64,000 bases of DNA from an uncultured Clostridia bacterium (GCA_944388695.1 CALXJT010000002.1:104-64103), one strand, 5' to 3'. Shown: positions 36,734 to 48,052, counted from the stretch's first letter. Notes: generated by a model from the sequence alone, not told the origin. Program-made: numbers and translations.

Positions 36734-37997
36734 ATGGATAATGTTTTAGGAATTATCGCTGAATATAATCCATTTCATAATGGTCATCTATATCATTTAG
36801 AAAAATCTAAAAAAGGTACTAATTCTAAATATTCTATTGCTGTTATTAGTGGAAACTTTACAGAGCGTGGTATTCCATCAATTGTTGATAAATGGTCTAA
36901 AGCTAAAATGGCACTTTCTGAAGGTGTTGATTTAGTTCTTGAGCTACCAGTGGTTTATTCTATATCAAGTGCTGAAAATTTTGCAGATGGTGCTATTAAT
37001 ATTTTGAATTCTCTAAAAATTGTGAATAAATTATCATTTGGTGTAGAATGTGATGATAAAGAATTGTTAAACCTGTTTGCTGATATATTATATAATGAAC
37101 CAAAAGAATTTAAAGAATATTTATCAATAGAATTAAAAAAAGGATTATCATTTCCTAAAGCTCGTGAAAATGCCATGAAAATGTATCTACCTGGTAAAGA
37201 TACCTCTGTTTTATCTTCTCCTAATAATATTTTAGCAATTGAATATTTAAAAGCATTAAAAAAATATAATAGTTCTATAGAGATTAATATGGTAAAACGC
37301 TTTGGAAGTGAGCATAATAGTTTAGATATTAATGAATTTTCTAGCAGTACTGCTATACGTAATTTGATAAACTCTATTAAGAATTCAGATGACAAGAAAT
37401 TAGATAATGTAAGCAATATTTCACAACTTTCATCACTTATTCCTAAAAATTCTTTTTCTATCTTACAAGAAAAAATTAATTCAGGTGAATATATACCATC
37501 TTTAGATAATTTTGAAAAAGAAATTTTATATGTTTTCAGAACTCTTTCTATTGAAGAAATTAGAGCTTTACCTGATGTGTCTGAAGGTCTAGAGTACGCT
37601 ATTAAAAATTCCTCAAATTCTTGTACTAATTTAAATGACTTTTTGAATTCACTAAAATCAAAACGCTATACTCGGAACAAGAATCCAACGTATTTTATTG
37701 TATGGACTTTTACAAATTTCAGAAGATGATATGATTTTATCCAAAAATATATCTCCATATATTCGTATTTTAGGATGTAATCAAAATGGAAAATATTTGA
37801 TTTCTGAAATAAAAAAACATGCTCCTAATTTACCAATAATAACTTCTGTAAAAAAATTCATTGATTCTTGTAATGATTCAAAATTGATAGATTTGTTAAA
37901 TAAAGATATTTTGGCCACAAATGTTTATACTTTAGGTTATGAGAGTAAGTCTTATGCACAATTAGATTTTACCTTACCTATAATTACTATTGATTAG
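36734..37997 (+). pseudogene. tmcAL: tRNA(Met) cytidine acetate ligase TmcAL (YlbM family), interrupted by a +1 frameshift near 37676
   Basis: The N-terminus GIIAEYNPFHNGHLYHL is present. ORFs 36722-37729 and 37698-37997 are contiguous halves. Skipping one A at 37676/37677 restores …LKSKRYTRTRIQRILLYGLLQI…, matching B. subtilis …KTKRYTWTRLQRM… as I recall it. Confidence 0.75.
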
Positions 37998-38014
37998 ATA
38001 TTTTAATTTTTTAG

Positions 38015-38047
38015 ATAGCAATTAATTTAATTGCTATTTATTTTATA
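38015..38047 (+). terminator. terminator after tmcAL
   Basis: ATAGCAATTA-ATT-TAATTGCTAT followed by TTATTTTAT. Confidence 0.6.
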
Positions 38048-38303
38048 TCTTTTTTATATTGACTTTGTTTCCATTTCGTGTTTTAATATTATTAGTTCGT
38101 TTTTATTATTGTGTATGAATTTTTTGTTCTGTTTTTAATAATTTTGTTCTAGAATTTTTTATTTTTAGTTTTATTCTATTAAATTATATTAGTATCTTTT
38201 TTATTTATTTTTCGTAATTCTATTTCTATTCGTTATATTCTTAAATTTATCTATATTTTATTATTAACTTAAAAATATTTTAATTATAAAAGGAGGTCTG
38301 AAT

Positions 38304-38981
38304 ATGGATAATTCATCTATATTAAATGAAATATTATCTACTTTAAATGCTTTTAAGGCAGAAGAAGAGAAAAGATGGGAAGAAAATGATAAGCGCTGGG
38401 AAGAAAGTGATAGGCGTTTTGCGAAAATTTTTGATATTTTGGAGGAACACTCTATTGCCCTAAATAACTTATCAGAGCGATTATCAAATTTAGAAAAAAA
38501 GGTAGACTCACTGGAAAATAGAATTTCTTTATTAGAAGATAGAGTTGCTTCTTTGGAAAATAGAATGACAGCTGTAGAAAATAGATTGGACATTATTGAA
38601 AAAAGATTAGATGCTATTGAAAATAGATTAGATATTGTTGAAAATAGATTAGATGCTATTGAAAATAGATTGGATGCTATTGAAGATAGAGTGAAATGCC
38701 TTGAAGATAACCAAACGAGCTTAAAATCAGATCATTTATTGTTAAAAAATGAATTTAAGCGAGTTATAGAAATTATTGAACAGCATTTTGAGAATTTTAA
38801 ACTTTCTATTGATAATCGATTTAATGAAATATTTTCTATTTTTGATAAGACAGAATTACGATTAAAAAAAATTGAATCAACTCAAAGATATTTTGAAAAA
38901 GTAGAAGAAACTCAATCAAATCTTATTGATTTACATAGTTTAAAATTAAGAAAAATATCACAAAAAATTAAAATTTCGTAA
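38304..38981 (+). CDS. hypothetical coiled-coil protein with ten consecutive (L/I/V)E(N/D/K)R heptads
   Basis: GGAGG RBS. The protein reads LEKKVDS-LENRISL-LEDRVAS-LENRMTA-VENRLDI-IEKRLDA-IENRLDI-VENRLDA-IENRLDA-IEDRVKC. The underlying DNA has 21-nt tandem repeats. Confidence 0.7.
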   Translation: MDNSSILNEILSTLNAFKAEEEKRWEENDKRWEESDRRFAKIFDILEEHSIALNNLSERLSNLEKKVDSLENRISLLEDRVASLENRMTAVENRLDIIEKRLDAIENRLDIVENRLDAIENRLDAIEDRVKCLEDNQTSLKSDHLLLKNEFKRVIEIIEQHFENFKLSIDNRFNEIFSIFDKTELRLKKIESTQRYFEKVEETQSNLIDLHSLKLRKISQKIKIS

Positions 38982-39015
38982 TTTTTCAATAGTTTCTTGA
39001 ATTTTCGTTAAAATA

Positions 39016-39072
39016 ATAGAGACTGTATATAAATATTTGTTTTATTTATGTACAGTCTCTATTTTTAGTTTT
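39016..39072. terminator. bidirectional terminator between the coiled-coil gene and eno
   Basis: ATAGAGACTGTA at 39016-39027 is complementary to TACAGTCTCTAT at 39051-39062, followed by TTTTTAGTTTTTT. Confidence 0.6.
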
Positions 39073-39073
39073 T

Positions 39074-40390
<1,317 letters not shown>

Positions 40391-40449
40391 TCAATTTTGA
40401 CTTTCACCGTATTATTATAATTATGCCACTAATTTATTTGTTTATACTT

Positions 40450-42081
40450 TTAGCTTGCTTTTTTATTTCTTAAATCATATGCATATTTTAGTGCTATTTC
40501 ATTTATTTCTCCTGCTGATATTCTTGCAATTTCCTTTATTGTTTCTTCTTCACTTAATAATTGTATTTGAGTATTTGTTCTATCTCCATTTACTTTTTTA
40601 CTTATAAAGTAGTGTGCATCTGACATTGCTGCAATGTTTGGTAAATGTGATATACATAGTACCTGATGACTTTTAGAAATTGCTGATAATTTTTGTGCTA
40701 CGCGATTTGCTGCATTACCACTAATTCCTGTATCTATCTCATCAAATATTAATACTGGTACACTATCTGTATCTGCTAAAACTTTTTTGATGGCAAGCAT
40801 AATCCTTGAAATTTCTCCTCCTGATGCGATTTTGGCTAATTCTTTTTCATCTTCTCCCTTATTTGTTATTATATAAAATGTTACTATATCTTTTCCATTT
40901 TTAAAAAATTCATTTTCTTTATATTCTATTTTTATATGAATATATGCATTTTTCATCTCTAAATCTTCTAATTCACTATGTATTTGTTCTTCTAATTCTT
41001 TTGATGCTTTTATACGTATTTCATGTATTTTACTTGCTATATTATTCATTTTTTCTTTTAATTTGTTTTTCTTCTTTTTTAATTTTTGATTATATTCTTC
41101 TAAATGTTCTATTCTATCTATTTCTGCACATATTTGTTCTTTATATTCTAATATTTCAGAAATATTATTTCCATATTTTCTTTTTAAAGAATATATATAA
41201 TCTAATCTTTCTTCCACAAAATTTCTTTCATCTTCATCAAAATCTATTTCTTCTACTTGTTCTGATATATCTCTTGAGATTTCTTGTAATTCATAATATG
41301 TATTTTTTAAGTTATTTCCTATTTCTGAATATTTTTCATTTATATCTTCTATTTTTTCTAGTGCTCTTATTGCTGTACTTAAACTATCTATTGTATTTTC
41401 TCCTATTGCTATATCTGCAAGCTTTAAATTTTCTGCTAATTTTTCTGAATTATGGAAGATTTTTCTTTTACTTTCTAATTCTTCTTCCTCTTCAACCTTT
41501 AAGTTTGCTTGTTTTATCTCGTTTAATTGATATTTTAGTAAGTCTAATCTTCTTTCTCTTTCTTTATCATCACCATAGTTATTTTTTAGTTCTTCTTTTA
41601 TTTGTAGATATTCATAGTAAAAATTATTATATTCGTCTTTTATTGTTTTGATTTCTTCTCCTATAAAATTATCTAGATATTTTATGTGAGATGGTTGATG
41701 AAATAATATTTGATTGTCGTTTTGGCCATGGATTTCTATAATTTGTGACATAAATTGCTTTAATTCCGCTACTGTAACCATTCTTCCATTTATTTTACAA
41801 AGATTTCTTCCAGAAGGATATACTTCTCTTGAAACTATTATATTTCCATCTATTGCTTGTTCAGATTTTGGTTCATAGAAGCATGCTTCAACATAAGAAA
41901 AGTTTTCTCCTTTTCTTATCATTTCTTTTGAAAAACGTTCTCCTGATAAAATTGATAATGAATCCATTATTAATGTTTTTCCTGCTCCTGTTTCACCTGT
42001 TAATACATTTAAGCCTTTTTGGAAATCTATACTTAAATCTTCTATAATTCCTATATTTTTTATATGTAGAGTAGTAATCAT
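40450..42081 (-). CDS. recN: DNA repair protein RecN
   Basis: Walker A LTGETGAGKT, a long coiled-coil middle region, and the C-terminal blocks ASGGEISRIMLAIK and LIFDEIDTGISG. Confidence 0.92.
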   Translation of the reverse strand: MITTLHIKNIGIIEDLSIDFQKGLNVLTGETGAGKTLIMDSLSILSGERFSKEMIRKGENFSYVEACFYEPKSEQAIDGNIIVSREVYPSGRNLCKINGRMVTVAELKQFMSQIIEIHGQNDNQILFHQPSHIKYLDNFIGEEIKTIKDEYNNFYYEYLQIKEELKNNYGDDKERERRLDLLKYQLNEIKQANLKVEEEEELESKRKIFHNSEKLAENLKLADIAIGENTIDSLSTAIRALEKIEDINEKYSEIGNNLKNTYYELQEISRDISEQVEEIDFDEDERNFVEERLDYIYSLKRKYGNNISEILEYKEQICAEIDRIEHLEEYNQKLKKKKNKLKEKMNNIASKIHEIRIKASKELEEQIHSELEDLEMKNAYIHIKIEYKENEFFKNGKDIVTFYIITNKGEDEKELAKIASGGEISRIMLAIKKVLADTDSVPVLIFDEIDTGISGNAANRVAQKLSAISKSHQVLCISHLPNIAAMSDAHYFISKKVNGDRTNTQIQLLSEEETIKEIARISAGEINEIALKYAYDLRNKKAS

Positions 42082-42445
42082 ATTTTATTTGTATGATATA
42101 TTTAATTTTTTAAATAATCATACTCTCCTTTCTCGTATAATATATTTATAAGTAAATAAGATTTACAACAAAATCTTATTTATCTATCTATTTGATAACC
42201 TGTAATATATTCTTTATTTTTATGAAATTTCTTTTGTAAAAATTTCTTTTATGAAAATTTGTTTTCTGAAAATCTGTTTGTATTATATTTCTTATTTTTC
42301 TATTTGTCAATAGTTTTTACGAACATTTTTTCTTTTTTTGCTAATGTTATATTTATCTTTTCAATTAACCTTTTTCTTAATAACTTGTAACAAAAATTTC
42401 TTTTATCACATATTAAATATAAAAATAAACTGAAAGGATGATTGT

Positions 42446-43447
42446 ATGAAAGTGATAAAAAATATTGCTATTGTAGGATGTACAGGTTTGGTTGGAAGAA
42501 CTGTTCTTAAAGTTCTTGAAGAAAAAAATTTTCCAAATTGTTCATATACTTTATTTTCATCTGAAAAATCAGCAGGTACAAAAATAACTTTTTTAGGAAA
42601 TACTTATACTGTTTGTGAATTAAAAGAAACTTCTTTTAATTTTCATTTTGATTATGCAATTTTTTGTGCTGGAGGAAAAGTTTCTGAAAAGTATATTCCT
42701 ATTGCTGTAAATTCAGGATGTATTGTTATCGATAATAGTAGTGTATTTAGAATGAAAGATGATGTACCTTTAATTGTACCTGAAATTAACGCAAATAAAA
42801 TTAAAGAAAATAATGGAATTATAGCTAATCCAAATTGTTCAACAATTCAAGCGGTCTTACCTTTAAAACCTATTGATGATAGATATGGAATAAAAAGAAT
42901 AGTATATTCTACATATCAGGCAGTATCTGGTGCTGGAAAAGGCGGTCTCGATGATTTTGAAAATGGAATTAAAGGTATTCCACCAAAAAAGTTTCCTTAT
43001 CCGATTTTTAATAATTGCTTACCACATATAGATGTCTTTGAAGATGATGGATATACAAAAGAAGAGCATAAAATGATTAATGAGACTAGAAAAATACTAG
43101 AAAAACCAAATCTGCCAATTACTGCAACTACAGTTAGAGTCCCTGTTAAAAATTGTCATAGTGAAAGTATTAATGTGGAATTAGAATCTGATTTTGATAT
43201 TTATGATATTAGAATTTTATTACAGAATTTTCCTGGAATTATTGTAGTAGACGATGTTCAAAAAAATTTCTACCCTATCGCTACTAAAGTTGATGGTAAT
43301 GATGAAGTATTTGTTGGTAGAATAAGACGAGATTATAGTATTAAAAATGGGCTTAATTTATGGGTTGTAGCAGATAATTTACGAAAAGGTGCTGCTAGTA
43401 ATGCTGTTCAAATTTTGGAAAGATTACTAATTAAAAGTGAACTTTAA
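42446..43447 (+). CDS. asd: aspartate-semialdehyde dehydrogenase
   Basis: IAIVGCTGLVGR (NAD-binding), the active-site block IANPNCSTIQ, and YQAVSGAG. Confidence 0.92.
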   Translation: MKVIKNIAIVGCTGLVGRTVLKVLEEKNFPNCSYTLFSSEKSAGTKITFLGNTYTVCELKETSFNFHFDYAIFCAGGKVSEKYIPIAVNSGCIVIDNSSVFRMKDDVPLIVPEINANKIKENNGIIANPNCSTIQAVLPLKPIDDRYGIKRIVYSTYQAVSGAGKGGLDDFENGIKGIPPKKFPYPIFNNCLPHIDVFEDDGYTKEEHKMINETRKILEKPNLPITATTVRVPVKNCHSESINVELESDFDIYDIRILLQNFPGIIVVDDVQKNFYPIATKVDGNDEVFVGRIRRDYSIKNGLNLWVVADNLRKGAASNAVQILERLLIKSEL

Positions 43448-43467
43448 GGTATATCCCTAAAGTTCAC
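43437..43467. terminator. hairpin overlapping the asd stop codon
   Basis: GTGAACTTTAAGG-TATAT-CCCTAAAGTTCAC, with one mismatch. It closely resembles the hairpin at 45410-45448. Confidence 0.5.
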
Positions 43468-43626
43468 TCACCAATCAATTTCTTAAATAAATTTTCATCA
43501 TAGAATATAGTATATAATTCCATTTTTTGCTTTTTGTCAAAATGTTTTATAATTTTTTCTTCTTTTTCAATATATATTTTTCTACATTATATATTGAAAC
43601 AATTATAGATATCATATCTTCTTGTA

Positions 43627-44250
43627 TCATTTAATATACTCCTTCAAATATGATATATTTGCTAACTGCAATATTTCAAATTTTTTATTTTCATAATCTA
43701 ATTCATTTATTGCCACATTATGCTGACAAAATTTTTCTCTTTCAAATTTAAATTCTAAATTTACAATTTTTCTTAAAAAAGCTTCAATTGCCACACCATG
43801 AGAACAAATTAATATAGTTTTTCCTTCATTTTCTTCACATATTTTTTGTATAAAATTATACATTCTATCTGAAACTTCTTTCATGGATTCTTGTTCTGGG
43901 ATTCCTTCTATGGTATTTATTTTATTTTGATTTATATTTATTTCTGGCTGTATTTTATTTACATCTTCCCATTTCCATCCATCATATATTCCGAAATACA
44001 TTTCACATAATTCTTCTTTTTTCTCTATCTCTAAATTATTTATTTCAGCTAATTTTTTAACTGTTTCTACTGTTCTTTGAGATGTGCTACAATATATTTT
44101 ATCAAATTTTATTTTTTCTAATTTCTTTGTTAATTTTTCTACAAGCTCTTTTCCTCTTTCTGTTAATTCATAATCTTTTCTGCCTGTTAATCTTTTTTCT
44201 ATATTACCTATTGTTTCTGTATGTCTAACTACAAATAGCTTAGTTTTCAT
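43627..44250 (-). CDS. histidine phosphatase family protein (phosphoglycerate mutase-like)
   Basis: FVVRHTETIGN is an RHG-type motif. SHG is present near residue 150. 207 aa. Confidence 0.75.
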   Translation of the reverse strand: MKTKLFVVRHTETIGNIEKRLTGRKDYELTERGKELVEKLTKKLEKIKFDKIYCSTSQRTVETVKKLAEINNLEIEKKEELCEMYFGIYDGWKWEDVNKIQPEININQNKINTIEGIPEQESMKEVSDRMYNFIQKICEENEGKTILICSHGVAIEAFLRKIVNLEFKFEREKFCQHNVAINELDYENKKFEILQLANISYLKEYIK

Positions 44251-45124
44251 TTTCTAATATCTCCTTATATTTATAATTTCTTTTTGGTAATAATTTTATT
44301 TTTCCTCCTTCTTTTTTGGCTCTTAAAATTGCTCCTACTCTTTTTGGCAAACTTTCTGTTTCATTTTTTATAAAACTTAATAAATATGGCTTGTACTCAT
44401 TAGGTGTAATATTATATAAATCCATAACTTCTGCAAGCATTCTATACCAATCTGAACATTTCTTTATTGAAGGTGAAGACATTACACTTCCTTCTCTGTT
44501 TCTATAATATTTGAATAATTTTATTTCTGAAGCTTTTGTATTATTAGCTAAAATAGTTCCTTTTAAACAAAATACTTCATCTTCATAATACATTCCTTCT
44601 ACAAATCTCATATTATTTTTATTTAAAAATTCTCTATTCCAACATCTACTTGATACAGAAAATGTTAAATCACATAGTAAACGAGCTTTTTTCGTTGAAT
44701 TTTCTTTAGTAGATATTCTTTCTTTTTTCTCTTGGTCCACATCTTGATATCCACAAAAAACTATTTCTGGCAAATCTTCTCCTATTGCTTCATCTGCTTT
44801 TCTTAATGTTTGGTTATCATATAATGTGTCATCTCCATCTAAAAATATTATATATTGTCCTTTTGCATTATCTATTGCTACATTTCTTGTTCCTCCTGCT
44901 GTTCCTGAATTTTTAGGCGTTTTTAAAATTCGTATTTTTTCATTTTCATATTTTTTTATTTCTTCTGATGTACCATCTGTTGAACAATCATCAACTATTA
45001 AAATTTCATAATTTTCAAAATCTTGGGAAAGGACACTTTGTACGGCTCTTCCTATGTAATCTTTAATATTATATGCACTAATTGCTATTGTGAATCTTAA
45101 TCCTTCTACTAACAATTTTATCAA
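44240..45124 (-). CDS. family 2 glycosyltransferase
   Basis: ISAYNIKDYIGRAVQSVLSQDFENYEILIVDDCSTDGT and FLDGDD (DXD motif). Confidence 0.8.
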   Translation of the reverse strand: MIKLLVEGLRFTIAISAYNIKDYIGRAVQSVLSQDFENYEILIVDDCSTDGTSEEIKKYENEKIRILKTPKNSGTAGGTRNVAIDNAKGQYIIFLDGDDTLYDNQTLRKADEAIGEDLPEIVFCGYQDVDQEKKERISTKENSTKKARLLCDLTFSVSSRCWNREFLNKNNMRFVEGMYYEDEVFCLKGTILANNTKASEIKLFKYYRNREGSVMSSPSIKKCSDWYRMLAEVMDLYNITPNEYKPYLLSFIKNETESLPKRVGAILRAKKEGGKIKLLPKRNYKYKEILENEN

Positions 45125-45409
45125 CTCCTATCTTTTTTTCATACTTCTTTATTGTATCCTTCATATTTTGATATTCTATCACATTTTAAAAAATTTTTCT
45201 AGATTTTTAAGAATTTATTAAGATGTTTTTGAAGTTAACTTCAAGTTGATTAATAGTGCAACATATCGAGATTTTTTAGCTTTAAAATATTTTATATACC
45301 TTAAAATATTTAAATATATTAAAAAATTTTAAAAATTATCCAGTTCACTTTTACTATAATATGTTTTTTAGTTATAATCAGTATTGCTATGTGTTTTTGC
45401 ATTAATTCA

Positions 45410-45448
45410 AAAAATGAACTTTAAGGCATGTCCTTAAAGTTCATTTTA
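45410..45448. terminator. terminator after spoVG (bidirectional form)
   Basis: AAAAATGAACTTTAAGG-CATGT-CCTTAAAGTTCATTTT. The A and T flanks give a U-tract on either strand. Confidence 0.65.
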
Positions 45449-45455
45449 TTTATTA

Positions 45456-45728
45456 TTATTCTGCTGATTCCTCTGTTTCTGGAGCTTCATAAGCATCTAA
45501 AATAGCTTTTTGAATTTTCTCTCTTGTTTCAGCATTGATTGGATGAGCTATATCTTTGAATTCTCCGTTTGGAGTTTTTCTGCTAGGCATAGCTATAAAT
45601 AATCCATTTTGACTTTCGATAACTTTTATATCGTGTACTGCGAATTCGTTATCGAATGTTACAGAAGCAACAGCTTTCATTCTGTTCTCTGAATTTACTT
45701 TTCTTAAACGTACGTCTGTGATTTGCAT
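45456..45728 (-). CDS. spoVG: septation/sporulation protein SpoVG
   Basis: [11 protein letters not shown]…[22 protein letters not shown]…[11 protein letters not shown]. The start is placed at the conserved MQITDV (45728). Confidence 0.92.
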   Translation of the reverse strand: MQITDVRLRKVNSENRMKAVASVTFDNEFAVHDIKVIESQNGLFIAMPSRKTPNGEFKDIAHPINAETREKIQKAILDAYEAPETEESAE

Positions 45729-45924
45729 CTTGTGTGCACCCGCCTTCCTTAAGTTTTTTTGCACATATTCGTTTAATAATATGTACTAATTATATTATTC
45801 TCTATAAAAAATCTTTTTCCTTCTTTTTTTTACAAAATTTTTATTTTTTATTTACAATTTATTCCTAATAGTATATATGATTTTTTTATTTTATTTATTC
45901 TTCATTTTCTTTATTTTTATCTGT

Positions 45925-46105
45925 TTTATCTATTCTATTTTTATTTACTTTATTTCTATCTATTTTATTTATTTTATTTTTATCTATTTTATTTTTATCT
46001 ATTTTATTTTTATTTATTTTATTTTTATTTATTTTATTTTTATCTATTTCATTTTTATTTATTTTATTTTTATTTCTATTTTTATTTCTATTTTTATCCT
46101 TCTTT
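45925..46105. repeat. tandem 15-bp (degenerating to 12-bp) T-rich repeats
   Basis: TTATYTATTTYATTT occurs about seven times, then TTATTTCTATTT twice. The array lies in the divergent spoVG-murC intergenic region. Confidence 0.8.
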
Positions 46106-46447
46106 ATTTATTCCAAATATTCTAAAAATTATTTATTATTAATATTATATAAAGTATAAAGAAATTTAAATTATTAATTTAATTTATCAAAACTATTATA
46201 GTTTATAGTTTTGGTCAATTAAAAAGTAAAATATAATTTACCCATAAAGTGTAATCTATTATAGTTTTAACATAAAATATCAAAAAACTATTGAAAAATT
46301 GGCAATAAAATTATATAATTATTCTGTTATAAACATAGACAAATAAGTTTTTTGAAAATAAAATATTAATTTTTTATTTTACTTTTTATAAAAAGAGAGA
46401 ATTATAGGTTTTCCTATATAATAAAAAATTCATTGGGAGTGTTTAAA

Positions 46448-47845
46448 ATGCCAAAAATTGATAATTTAAAAAAATATAAAAGAGTTCATATGATTGGAAT
46501 TGGTGGAGTTAGTATGAGTGGAATTGCAGCTATACTAAACAATTGGGGATTCCAAGTTACTGGTTCTGATTGGGTTCATTCAGAAACAACTGATAAATTA
46601 AATAAGATGGGAATTAAAGTTACTATAGGTCATAATATTGATGATGTTAAACAATCTGACATCGTTGTTTATTCTGCTGCAATAAAACAAGATGATCCAG
46701 AAATTATGGAAGCACATAAAAATAATATTCCAACTATTGAACGTGCAGATTTTTTAGGTGAAATAACAAGGTGTTTTAAAGATACTATTTGCATTTCTGG
46801 AACACATGGTAAAACAACTACTACATCTATGGTTTCACTTTGCTTTTTAGAAGCTTTAACAGATCCTAGCATACAAGTAGGTGCTTATTTAAAGCAAATT
46901 GATGGTAATTATAGAGTTGGAAATAGTGAACATTTTATAATTGAGGCTTGTGAATATGTTGAAAGTTTTCTAAAATTTAGTCCTAAAGCTGAAATAATCT
47001 TAAATATTGATAATGACCATTTAGATTATTTTAAAAATTTAGATAATATAAAAAAAGCTTTTGAAAAATATGTAAAACTGTTACCAGATGATGGATATCT
47101 AATATTAAATGCGGATGATGAAAATTGTTTACATTTAGCTGATTTTACAAATGCTTCTACTATTACATATGGTATTCAAAATCAAAATGCTGATTTTGTG
47201 GCTAGAAATATTGAATTTAATGATGATGGTTTTCCAAAATTTGATGTTTATTATAAAAATGAATTTTTTTCTACTATTCAATTATCTGTACCTGGAAAAC
47301 ACAATGTTTTAAATTCACTTGCATGTATAGCTTTATGTTTTAAATATAATCTTTCAAAAGATGCAATTAAAACCGCATTATTAAAATTCACTGGTGCACA
47401 TCGTAGATTTGAATTTAAAGGAAAAATAAATAATGCTAGCATATATGATGATTATGGTCATCACCCAACAGAAATATTAGCTACAGCTACATCTTTGATG
47501 AATAAAAAATATAATGAATCTTGGGTTGTTTTTCAACCTCATACATATAGTAGAACAAAGAATCTTTTAAATGATTTTGCCAACAGCTTACTTCATTTTG
47601 ACCATATTTTAGTTTTAGATATATATGCTGCAAGAGAAACAAATACTTATAATATTTCTTCTCAAGATTTAGTTAATGAAATAAATAAATTAGATAATAA
47701 AGCTATATATATATCTAATTTTGATTCTTGTGTAAACTATTTACTTGATAATGTAAAGGAAAATGATATTATATTAACACTTGGTGCTGGTACAGTTACA
47801 AATATTGGTCCTATGCTATTAGAAAAGAAATATGGTGTTGCCTAA
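46448..47845 (+). CDS. murC: UDP-N-acetylmuramate--L-alanine ligase
   Basis: VHMIGIGGVSMSGIA, GTHGKTTTTSM and DYGHHPTE. The start is the ATG at 46448 after GGGAG. Confidence 0.93.
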   Translation: MPKIDNLKKYKRVHMIGIGGVSMSGIAAILNNWGFQVTGSDWVHSETTDKLNKMGIKVTIGHNIDDVKQSDIVVYSAAIKQDDPEIMEAHKNNIPTIERADFLGEITRCFKDTICISGTHGKTTTTSMVSLCFLEALTDPSIQVGAYLKQIDGNYRVGNSEHFIIEACEYVESFLKFSPKAEIILNIDNDHLDYFKNLDNIKKAFEKYVKLLPDDGYLILNADDENCLHLADFTNASTITYGIQNQNADFVARNIEFNDDGFPKFDVYYKNEFFSTIQLSVPGKHNVLNSLACIALCFKYNLSKDAIKTALLKFTGAHRRFEFKGKINNASIYDDYGHHPTEILATATSLMNKKYNESWVVFQPHTYSRTKNLLNDFANSLLHFDHILVLDIYAARETNTYNISSQDLVNEINKLDNKAIYISNFDSCVNYLLDNVKENDIILTLGAGTVTNIGPMLLEKKYGVA

Positions 47846-47891
47846 AAATCTTTAATTATATTTAAAAAATTTATTAATATTTATATCTTTT

Positions 47892-48052
47892 ATTGAAATA
47901 AAATTATAATATTTTATACTGTAAAATAGCAAATATTCTATTATTTAAATAGTATATTTGCTATTTTATTTTATTGACAAATATTGAAATTATAATATCT
48001 TATACTATAGAATAGCAAGTATTCTATTATTTAATAGTATATTTACTATTTA
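47892..48052. repeat. two ~70-75-bp direct repeats, each carrying a hairpin
   Basis: Copy A (47892-47966) and copy B (47983-48052) share ATTGAAAT…TATAATAT…TATACT…AATAGCAA(A/G)TATTCTATTATTTAA(A)TAGTATATTT(G/A)CTATT. Confidence 0.7.
47925..47975 (+). terminator. terminator after murC
   Basis: AATAGCAAATA at 47925-47935 is complementary to TATTTGCTATT at 47955-47965, followed by TTATTTTATT. Confidence 0.5.

Noticed and set aside
38264-38593. 109-aa minus-strand ORF opposite the coiled-coil gene.
   Set aside because: It is the antisense frame of the 21-nt repeats. The plus-strand ORF has the RBS and flanking terminators.
40944-41651. 235-aa plus-strand ORF. Similar long Leu/Phe/Ile-rich ORFs occur at 34509-35063, 10555-11073, 58249-58818, 23914-24390, 22904-23410, 10151-10558, 7394-7804, 26205-26639 and 36955-37416.
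   Set aside because: All lie antisense to well-supported genes (recN, endoQ-like, ftsX, the ATPase, pilMN and others). Their composition (poly-L/F/I/Y) is what reverse frames of AT-rich coding DNA produce. They also lack RBSs.
42313-42333. CGAACATTTTTTC upstream of recN, considered as a LexA (Cheo) box.
   Set aside because: Only the CGAAC half-site is present. The second half (GTTCG) is missing.
45877-46125. 82-aa ORF MIFLFYLFFIFF…IYFIFIYF.
   Set aside because: It is a translation artefact of the 15-bp T-rich tandem repeat. It has no RBS and its peptide is perfectly periodic.
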